Assembly (NCBI RefSeq): GCF_006345805.1
Contig: NC_043019.1
Span: 31,495,360-31,559,359, forward strand
Length of the DNA: 64,000 nucleotides
Direction of reading: 5' to 3'
Source: Octopus sinensis
Taxonomy: Eukaryota
Within the stretch, counting starts at the first letter, position 1. Every line of letters starts with the position of its first letter. A program made the translations under genes and the position numbers. This document shows, piece after piece, positions 54,176-64,000 of the stretch. The notes beneath the pieces were generated by a model. It was not told where the DNA came from, did not search any database, and saw only the letters and a list, made by a program, of their open reading frames with translations.

Positions 54176-54395
54176 GGTGGCGAGCTGGCAGAAACATTAG
54201 CACACCGGGCAAAATGCTTACCGTTATTTCGTCTGCCGCTATGTTCTGAGTTCAAATTCCGCCGAGGTCGACTTTGCCTTTCATCCTTTCGGGGTCGATT
54301 AAATAAGTACCAGTTACGCACTGGGGTCGATATAATCGACTTAATCCATTTGTTTGTCCTCTCTGTGTTTAGCCCCTTGTGGGTAGTAAAGAAAT
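54176..54395 (+). mobile_element. Full-length SINE family B with 11-bp TSD
   Basis: AGGTTGAGCAA at 54165-54175 and 54396-54406; B-box gagttcaaattcc. Confidence 0.92.
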
Positions 54396-55959
54396 AGGTT
54401 GAGCAATGTTATAGAGGGTCCTTCTATAAAAGAACTGGAGTTCACTAAATCAGTAAAGCATTCCAGCAGTGACCATTCCACCTCATGTCCTTTTTGTCAA
54501 ACATAATGGATGTAATGATTATATCCTCTAAGTCAATTTTTAGCATTTGAGCCAATTTGAAGATGACTTCCTTCTGTTCTTCCCCCACCACCGGCCACCT
54601 TTAGAGAATCCCCTGTGTATTCACAATCACACTCTTTTGGTTATTAATCAACATTCATGATGAGAGGTGAGGTTAGGAATCTAATCAAAGGGATTATATG
54701 CACTGCCTTTCTTTCACGAAAAAAATGTCTCATAGAAAAAAAATCATCATCATCATCATCATCTTTTATTGTCCATTCTCTGTGCAGGCATGGGCTGGAC
54801 AGTTTGACTGCAGCTGGCAAGCCAGAGAGCTACACCAGACTCCAATTGTCTGTTTTGGCATGGTTTCTATGGCTAGATGCCCTTCAATGACACCAACCAC
54901 TTTACAGAGTGTACTGGGTGCTTTTTATTTGGCATTGGCCCTGGTGCTGTTTACATGACACTGACACAAGTACTTTTTATGTGGCACCGGCACATAAATG
55001 TCTCAAAGGAAATGTAGTATTGAGTGAGATTTGACTGTTATTTTTTGCAGTTTGAGCAATTATATAGAGATTCCTTCAGTAAAAGAACTGGAGTTAAGCA
55101 CTGCATTGGGCCAAAGTTTCAATGTTATAAACCAGTCATGCAGGACTTTCTAAATGGCATTCCAATAAACAAATTGCCTTCAATTTTTTAGTAGTACCCC
55201 CACCTATTCATAAGCCATGTCTCATGTGACCGGCATCTAAAAAAAGGTTACCTCATGCCTGCCATATATATTTAATTCCTGCCTTTGTGCTTCACTTTGA
55301 AATCAAGGCCTACCAATATCGGCTTTAACTAAGACAATGGTGAGCTAGTGGAATTGTTAGGCACAATGCTTAGCAGCATTTTATCGGGCTTTACAATCTG
55401 GGTTCAAATCTGCCAGGGTCGACTTTGACTTTTATTCCTTCAGATTTGATGAAGTAAGTGCCAGTTAAGCACTGGGGTTGATTTAATTGACTTAGCCCCT
55501 CCCTCGAAATTACTGGCCTAGTGCCAAAATGGCTCTTGATTAATACTGTGTTCGTTGATACCCTAACGCAATCATCTACCTTTTTTGCATAATGGACTGA
55601 TTTCGTGTAAGACAATTTTTCCACAGACCAGGAGATTACACACATAACAAAACACAATAAAGTGCATGATATAATGTAATTACTACATATATAATGTACA
55701 TGGCTCAGTGGTTAAGGTGCTGGACTCACGATTGTGAGATCATGGGTTTGATTCCCAGACCGGGCATTGTATTGTGTTCTTGAGCAAAGCACTTCATTTC
55801 ACGTTGCTCTATGATCATTTCACCATCTGACATGTGGCACCCATTGCACCTGTACTACAGGTAATGTCGATTTGATGGAGGGCGTGAGATTATGTCTACA
55901 CAAACATTTGATCACTATAAACAAATCATCTGTGTGATTGTTCAGTAAGAAATATGTCA

Positions 55960-56165
55960 TCGAACGATGGGAGAGTCTAACATATATATAATGCAGAAAC
56001 AAACTGAAATAGTCAGTAAAATAGAAATAACAGCTAAGTGCCTGATATCTTGGTCCTTTGTCAGTCCCTTCATAAGGTTCAGTTTCCTGAGGTCGTCCTT
56101 CAGTATTTCATCCCATGTCTTTCTGGGTCTCCTTCTACCATGAGCTTCATCCACTTTGAGTGATT
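55960..56165 (-). pseudogene. RTE-clade LINE C-terminal fragment
   Basis: GRRRPRKTWDEILKDDLRKLNLMKGLTKDQDIRHLAV matches the RGRPxKTW...DL...DR..WR terminal motif of RTE elements. Confidence 0.75.
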
Positions 56166-56983
56166 AGCACTTCTTTATGGAGTTATGGAGATAGTCCAAC
56201 AAAAAAAAGAAGAGCATTTTCTTTCAGCTGAGCTGAGAAAAAATAATGAGAGAGAGAGAATTCTAGCATGAATGAATAAAGATATGATTTTTGTTAAAAT
56301 AGAACTTAGAGGAAAGAAAATATGCGACAGAGAGACAGAAGGATAGATAAAAAGAGTGGTGGGGAAGAAATAGTAAGAGTCAATGAGTGCAGATAACAGA
56401 AAGGGAGAAAGACAGAAAAGAGAGGAAAGAAAGAGATATGCATTTGTGTTGTTTGAGAGCTTTTGTGAGTGTATGTCTTTCTGTTTTTTTTTCTTTTGTT
56501 TAGTTGTTTTTGCTAAGTGCTGAGTAAATTTTTTAAAAAATTTAATCTTTTATCTTTTGCTTATTTCGGTCACTGAACTGTGGCTATCTACAGTAACACC
56601 TTCAAGGGTTTATGCAAACAAATTGGCATTGACACCAGCACTTCATTTTTTAATCTTTTTTTTTTTTCTAATCTGTCAGTCTATTGGATTTTTTTGTCGA
56701 TCGGCAAAGTTACATGAATGTAAACAAACCAACACCAGTTTCAAACATTGAGGGGGAACAAACACAGACACAAATACACACACACACATACACACACACA
56801 CACACTCATACGCACTCACACTCACGCACACACATACACACCATGCACATACAAGCACACATGAATAAATATGAACGCGTGTATACATATATATTTCTGT
56901 GAATGTGTGTATCTATGTATAGGTTTGTATGAAGGTCTGTTTTTGACTGAATTACAATGAAAGTTTCTTTCTGCTTTTTACAG

Positions 56984-57083
56984 ACTTATTGGCACTTTTC
57001 GTATCATTCTTCAAGAATTAATCGAAGTTGGTCACATCGAGGTATCAGACACACTTCTTGACAGTAATAATGTAGCTATGAAG
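56984..57083 (+). CDS. OTOF: Otoferlin-like C2A exon 4: (R)LIGTFRIILQELIEVGHIEVSDTLLDSNNVAMK
   Basis: Flanked by ctgctttttacag / gtaagt; 100 nt, phase 2 to 0. Matches otoferlin [33 protein letters not shown] (recalled). Confidence 0.95.
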
Positions 57084-57756
57084 GTAAGTTAAAAAACAAC
57101 ACTAGTTTTTAATCTCTCAAATCCTTCTCCTCCTCCTGTCTTATGTTCTCACTTCTGATCACACGATATGCTTTTTGGATCGGTTGCTATTTTGACCAAT
57201 TTTCATTAGCATTCAAAATTGAAAAAAATTGAACTATTCTGGGTTCAAATTCCGCCAAGGTCTACTTTGCCTTTCATCCTTTCAGGGTCGATAAATTAAG
57301 TACCAGTTATGCACTGGAGTCGATGTAATCGACTTAATCTGTTTGTCTGTCCTTGTTTGTCCCCTCTGTGTTTAGCCGCTTGTGGGTAGTAAAGAAATAT
57401 AATTATTATTAGTATTATTATCATCATCATCATCATTATCATTATTTAATGTCCACTTTTCTGTTCTTGTTGTATTGGATAGAAGTTGTTAAGATGAAAT
57501 TTTCTCAATTCAGAGAAAATGTTCTTCATAATGTTCTCCATGGCCAAATGTGTTACAACAATCATATGATGTTACAGAGGCAGTAACACACACTCACTCA
57601 CACATGTACACACACCATTCATACCACACGTATACAAACATACAAGTATATATATGTGTGTGTGTGTGTGACAAAGGAGCATATTTAGCTTAATTTGCTT
57701 TATGAGTTCAATAAAGGCAACAATGCAATGGAAAGTGCGTGGAATATTAATGCAGT

Positions 57757-58530
57757 ATATGGGGATCAGACAATAAGCCAGTGTCAATGGTGATGCCAGA
57801 AATTCTGAGCATATGGGGATCAGACAATAAGCTTAAGCCAATGTCAATGGTGGCGCCAGAAATTCTGAGCATATGGGGATCAGACAATAAGCTTAAGCCA
57901 ATGTCAATGGTGATGCCAGAAATTCTGAGCATATGGGGATCAGACAATAAGCTTAAGCCAATGTCAATGGTGATGCCAGAAATTCTGAGCATATGGGGAT
58001 CAGACAATAAGCTTAAGCCAATGTCAATGGTGATGCCAGAAATTCTGAGCATATGGGGATCAGACAATAAGCTTAAGCCAATGTCAATGGTGATGCCAGA
58101 AATTCTGAGCATATGGGGATCAGACAATAAGCTTAAGCCAATGTCAATGGTGATGCCAGAAATTCTGAGCATATGGGGATCAGACAATAAGCTTAAGCCA
58201 ATGTCAATGGTGGCGCCAGAAATTCTGAGCATATGGGGATCAGACAATAAGCTTAAGCCAATGTCAATGGTGATGCCAGAAATTCTGAGCATATGGGGAT
58301 CAGACAATAAGCTTAAGCCAATGTCAATGGTGGCGCCAGAAATTCTGAGCATATGGGGATCAGACAATAAGCTTAAGCCAATGTCAATGGTGGCGCCAGA
58401 AATTCTGAGCATATGGGGATCAGACAATAAGCTTAAGCCAATGTCAATGGTGATGCCAGAAATTCTGAGCATATGGGGATCAGACAATAAGCTTAAGCCA
58501 ATGTCAATGGTGGCGCCAGAAATTCTGAGC
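57757..58530. repeat. 60-bp minisatellite, ~13 units with two variants
   Basis: Unit atatggggatcagacaataagcttaagccaatgtcaatggtg(at/gc)gccagaaattctgagc; there are no spacers. Confidence 0.97.
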
Positions 58531-58817
58531 TGGAAACTACAGTCTAGAAGATGAGCCTTGTCCTGGTGTAGGGTGAGTGAAAAGTTTTCTTGTTATGTGT
58601 GGGTGGAACGCACAGGTCAGGGGCCAGCAGATAGCAATAATACAGCAAGACAGGGCATATGGGTGGAACACACAGCTTGGGTGCTAGTGGAGAGCAGTGA
58701 TACTGTGACACAGGACCAAGAGGACAGAATTGGGAAGTGGGAGGTAAGCATAGTACATGAAGTGGAAATGTGAGGTAAAGAAGAGATGTAGAAATGTAAT
58801 TTGGTTTGTTGTGATAG

Positions 58818-59047
58818 GCGGCGATCTGGCAGAATCGTTAGCACACCGGATAAAATGCTTAGCTGTATTTTGTCTGCCATTACATTCTGAGTTCAAATTC
58901 TGCCGAGGTTGACTTTGCCTTTCATCTGTTCGGGGTCTATAAATTAAGTACCAGTTACTCACTGGGGTCGATGTAATTGACTTAATCCCTTTGTCTGTCC
59001 TTGTTTGTCCCCTCTATGTTTAGCCCCTTGTGGGCAATAAAGAAATA
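58818..59047 (+). mobile_element. Full-length SINE family B
   Basis: Same head, core and tail as 54176-54395. Confidence 0.9.
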
Positions 59048-60017
59048 AGAAACGTAGTTTGGTTTATTGTGGTAGAGTGTATGAGAAGTTTTTTTTTTAT
59101 TAAGTGTGGGTGGGACACACAGTGCTTCTAGAACTCAGTTTCATTGACGTGGGCAGGTCTTCAGAGAGAGAGACAGACAGACAGACAGATAGATAGCTGT
59201 GTGTGTTTGCATATGTGTTTGCTCCTTCTCCTCTCATAGCTTGACACCCAGTGTTGATTTATTTACATCCCTGTAACTTAACACTTTGACAAAATATACT
59301 GATAGCATAAGTACCAGGCTTAAAGTAAAAAAACAATAAGTGCTGGAGTCAATTCATTCAACTAAACCTTTGCACATGGTCACCCCCACAAGGCTGCAAT
59401 CCAGTAACCAAAACAAGTAGCTGGTGACGTAAAATAAAAGCTAAAAGCTGTGCTCTTCTGGGGTTTTTTTTCCTACTTTGGCATTAGTATCATCAGTGTT
59501 ATGGATTTTTATTCGCTTTCTTCCTTTCCTCATATCCATTAATTCCACATGAATATCTGCATCGGATCAGCCATTAGGGATTACAGATATTACTTCCATA
59601 TTTTATGGGAATTTAGTGTTAAGATTTTGCTCAGAATGATTTTTTTTCTAACATTGATTTCTCTCTGCTGTGTTTTGCATGTATGTTAATCTTTTCTACT
59701 CCAAACACAAGGCCCAAAATTTAAGGGGGGGGGGGGCAGTCGATTAGATTGACCCCAGTAAGCAACTGGTACTTAATTTATCGATCCCAAAAGGATGAAA
59801 AACAAAGTTGACCTCGGTGGAATTTGAACTCAGAACATAAAGACAGATGAAATACTGCTAAACATTTCACCCAGTGTGTTCATAAAATAAATAAATAATA
59901 TTTTTAGTTTTTCATGCTCACATTTAATTCTCTTTATTTATTCTTGATGACCATTTATTTTCTTTTAATTAAAACAAGCATTTGTTTGAGTTTATTTTAT
60001 TTTATTTATTTTTTCAG

Positions 60018-60259
60018 ACTAAAGTTGACTTTGAACTTACCTATAATGCTCCAGATGGTTCTGTTGGTATCTGGCAAAAGGGTGGTTTTGAAGATGTCCA
60101 AGCTGAGGAAGAAGAGGAAGGTGAAGAGGGTGAGGATGGTAAGCAGTTGATAATCAAGAACCAAAGACATTCCTTACCATCGAGTCCACAGAAATATGGA
60201 AAGATGTCAAAGTTTAGTGCTGTTGCTGCTCGAGGTTCTTTTGGTATATCTCCAAGTGG
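60018..60259 (+). CDS. OTOF: Otoferlin-like exon 5 (end of C2A plus acidic linker): [44 protein letters not shown]...GISPS(G)
   Basis: Acceptor ttttttcag at 60017. Matches otoferlin [24 protein letters not shown] (recalled). Perfect donor gtaagt at 60260; a second candidate donor gtaagc at 60139 makes the 3' boundary less certain. Confidence 0.85.
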
Positions 60260-60307
60260 GTAAGTATGAGAGAATGGATCAGGGGGTACAAGGGGAAGAA
60301 TTTGAGA

Positions 60308-60897
60308 AACACACACACATGCATACATACACATGCACACACACACACACATACATACATACACATGCACACACACACACACATACATACATACACATGC
60401 ACACACACATGCACACACACATACATGCACACACACATACATATGCATACATACACATGCACACACACACACACATACATACATACACATGCACACACAC
60501 ATGCACACACACATACATGCACACACACATACATATGCATACATACACATGCACGCCCACAGACATACATACATACACATGCACACACACGCACATACAT
60601 ACACACGCACACACACATACATACACATGCCCACACACATACACACACATGTACATACATACACATGCACACACACATACATACACATGCACACACACGC
60701 ACATACATACACACGCACACACACATACATACACATGCCCACACACATACATACACATACACACACATGTACATACATACACATGCACACACACATACAT
60801 ACACTTGCACACACATGCAGACACATATACACACTCAAATGCACACATGCACAAACACACACATACACATGTTCACACACACGCACACACCACATAT

Positions 60898-60946
<49 letters not shown>

Positions 60947-60948
60947 CT
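60308..60948. repeat. Compound (CA)n/(CATA)n/(CATG)n tract with higher-order repeats
   Basis: Directly visible; it explains the 200-334 aa C/V/M/Y and H/T ORFs. Confidence 0.95.
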
Positions 60949-61128
60949 GGATAATAAAATGAATGATAAGTATGAAAGAATGGATCAGGGGTATCCAGGG
61001 GAAGAATTGTAAGAATTCTTTAAGGTTGTGCCACAGTATGGTCACAATCTAATGACTGAAACAAGTAAAAAATAAAAGATAAAAGATACACATATATGCA
61101 CATACATGTGCGCATACACACACATACA

Positions 61129-61166
<38 letters not shown>

Positions 61167-63582
61167 TGCACACATGTTTTGGATTCCACAGAGTCTGCAG
61201 CTACCAGATTCTAATCCCAAGCTATTTGTGAACCCTGGTGCTATGATAAGAAGACACTTGACCAAGATATTGCACAGCAAAATCATATGGCTGCAGATCA
61301 AACATCTAAACCATGCAACTATGCTTTGCACCTCTGCAAATAAATCCTCTTAAAAGTGTTAGGATTGTCTTAAGCAGATTTCGCAGAAATATGAGTTAAT
61401 GTTTAATGTAAGTAAATAACTAACATCAGTGAATATGAAATTAATCTTTTAAATGTGAGAACGTAGAGAATGCAAATGTTGACATTTAACATTAAGCAAC
61501 ACTCGACAAGAAGTGCAAGCCACTTTTCTGCATGACAATACAAGGTTTATACAAAAATTGTATTGTTTTATCATGGAATTGTTCTATAATAAAATTCTGT
61601 TAATTCTGGCATGAAATTTCATGTGGTTTTAGTCACGAATGTTTGGCTTTAAGTTGGAATATATGAAAGGGATGGAGATGCTGGATAAGTGGAAAGGAAA
61701 CTTTTAAATTTGGTATAGAATTGTTTGTTTTTTGCCTCTACATTGGCACAGTGATAGATGCATCAGAGGCTGCGTGGTAAGGCATTTGCTTTCTAATCTC
61801 ATGGTTCTGGGTGAGTGTCTTCTATTATAGTCTCGGACTGACCAAAGTCTTGGGAGTCGATTTGGCAGATGGAAACTGAAAGAAGCCTGTCATATACGGG
61901 TTCAGTCCCACTGCATGGCACCTTGGGCAAGTGTCTTCTACTAAGCCTCGGGCTGACCAAAGCCTTGTGAGTGGATTTGGTAGATGGAAACTGAAAGAAG
62001 CCCGTTGTATATATGTATATATATGCGTGTGTGTGTTTGTGTGTCTGTGTTTGTTCCCCTAGCATTGCTTGACAACCGATGCTGGTGTGTTTATGTCCCC
62101 GTTACTTAGCGGTTCGGCAAAAGAGACCGATAGAATAAGTACTGGGCTTACAAAAGAATAAGTCCCGGGGTCGAGTTGCTCGATTAAAGGCGGTGCTCCA
62201 GCATGGCCGCAGTCAAATGACTGAAACAAGTAAAAGAGTAAAAGAGTGTATGTGTGTGTGTTGTGTGTGTGTCTTTGTGTTTGTCCCCCCACCACCACCA
62301 CCACTTAACAGCCAGTATTAGTGTGTTTATTTCCTTGTAACCTAGCAGTTTGGCACAAGAGACCATTGTGCCAGTACTGGGGTTGGTTCAATCAGCTGAA
62401 ATTCTTCAAGGTAGTGCCCCAGCATGGCCATAACCTAATTACTGAAACAAGTGAAAAGATAAAAGATACATGTATGCCATACATACTTGTGTTGCTGTAG
62501 AATGGCAGCTAGGAGATCCTCAGACCAACATCTGAGTTCCTGAGATCATTTACAATATGGTTCAACATTCACAATGCAAAGTTCAAAATGCCATCAATTT
62601 AAAGATTTCATAAGAGAAATAATATTATTGCTGTAAGATAAGGTAGGGAAGATGGTGTTCAAGATCATAGAGCTGGAAACCAACTGCCCTGTAGTACATG
62701 ATCAGCTGTCAGACCATCTTGACATACTTATAGTAACTGATGTCTTCTGCAGTAATTTATTTTAAGTGAAGAGTTGTGCACCATCAATCTCACTCTCTCT
62801 CATCTGTGACCACCTACAGGAATTTTATCTACCAGTGCAGTGTTCAGCACTAATTCTTAATGTTTGACATTTACACACACACACACACACACAACACACA
62901 TATATATATACTCTTTTACTTGTTTCAGTCATTTGACTGCAGCCATGCTGGAGCACCGCCTTTAATCGAGCAACTCGACCCCAGGACCTATTCTTTGTAA
63001 GCCCAGTACTTATTCTATCAGTCTCTTTTGCTGAACTGCTAAGTAACAGGGACATAAATACACCAGCATCGGTTGTCAAGCAATGCTAGGGGGACAAACA
63101 CAGACACAAACACACATGCACACAGATATATATATATACATATATACGACGGGCTTCTTTCAGTTTCCGTCTACCAAATTCACTCACAAGGCTTTGGTCG
63201 GCCTGAGGCTATAGTAGAAGACACTTGCCCAAGGTGCCACGCAGTGGGACTGAACCCGGAAGCATGTGGTTGGTAAGCAAGCTACTTACCACACAGCCAC
63301 TCCATACATATACACACACATTCGCTAGCTTTTTCCCAGTAGCTTAATAACAGCACTGGCACCTCCAAGATTGAGTGGTCTCAATGATAATGGTGCAAAA
63401 TCACGTTGATATTTTGCTCATTGACTGACAAGAAAAACTCAGCTGTGAATATTCCATGTATTGTGTCTTTGTCTATTTCCCTGTCTGTTAAGTTTTCAAC
63501 TTGTTTCCTGTCTGCTCTCTGCTTTCATCTAACTTTCTCTCCTTGTGTTCTGGCTGTTCAATCCTTGATATATATATATATA

Positions 63583-63786
63583 TATCTGTAAAATAATATG
63601 TGACAATTATTCAGTAGCCAAGATAAAACTCTGAGTTCCGGATGCTGAGGTGGAAATCCACACCACCATCTCTTCGGTTATCTGGCCATAACCAAAGAGA
63701 TGGTGATGTGGTTTTCCACCTCGGCATCTGAAACTCAGAGTTTTATCTTGGCTACCGAATAATTGTCACATATTATTTTACAGATA
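63583..63786. mobile_element. Foldback element / MITE: ~99-bp inverted arms with a 6-nt loop
   Basis: tatctgtaaaataatatgtgacaattattc...ggttat-ctggcc-ataacc...gaataattgtcacatattattttacagata, about 6 mismatches; the left end abuts (TA)n. Confidence 0.8.
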
Positions 63787-64000
63787 AATTCCTCTATTTA
63801 CATAATATTGAGGTCACTTTCTTTCTTTTGTTATCTTACCGTTTTTACCAATATATATATACCATCATCACCATCATCAGTAATTCAAATATCCAAAAAA
63901 CAAGCATATTCTAAAACATTAGGGTAATAATATATTTTTTAGGATGTTAAAATTTATAGGTAATCATAGAGTGACCATTAGTTTTGCACCTATGAAGCAC

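Noticed and set aside
55698-55775. tRNA gene (TGGCTCAGTGG A-box, GGTTTGATTCC B-box)
   Set aside because: It continues into the SINE-C body and has no convincing acceptor stem, so it is a SINE head. The same applies to the family A and B heads.
57757-58554. CRISPR-like array, or 246/257-aa repeat proteins from the ORF track
   Set aside because: The units are contiguous 60-mers with no unique spacers and no cas genes, in eukaryotic intron context. The ORFs follow from a stop-free unit whose length is a multiple of 3.
60041-61045. Long Cys/Val/Met/Tyr or His/Thr-rich ORFs (up to 334 aa), and similar ones at 8747-9288, 17631-18405, 25698-26427, 29907-31819 and 42594-43089
   Set aside because: Translations of (CA)n/(TA)n/(CATA)n microsatellites.

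Overview
AT-rich, microsatellite-saturated animal genomic DNA. The SINE, LINE and microsatellite landscape suggests a coleoid cephalopod, most likely Octopus (inference). The only host gene supported is an otoferlin-type ferlin on the + strand. Four small GT-AG exons (15500-15558, 41067-41155, 56984-57083, 60018-60259) splice in frame into the N-terminal C2A domain. The first coding exon was not found and probably lies upstream of the window; the rest of the gene lies downstream. Almost all other ORF-track entries are microsatellite or SINE artefacts. The introns hold a young, 5'-truncated Penelope-like element (GIY-YIG endonuclease ORF) built as a ~1.03-kb inverted repeat, with a hammerhead ribozyme in each arm. 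They also hold hammerhead-bearing PLE tails and a second PLE lineage, two solo-LTR candidates, a mariner relic and mariner MITEs, CR1/L2-type and RTE-type LINE 3' ends, and at least four SINE families. Other structures are two kb-scale tandem duplications with microsatellite breakpoints, a two-state 60-bp minisatellite and a ~200-nt foldback hairpin. The most interesting theme is intronic structured RNA (ribozymes plus long dsRNA) in a synaptic-vesicle-fusion gene. I found no clearly new multi-gene system.
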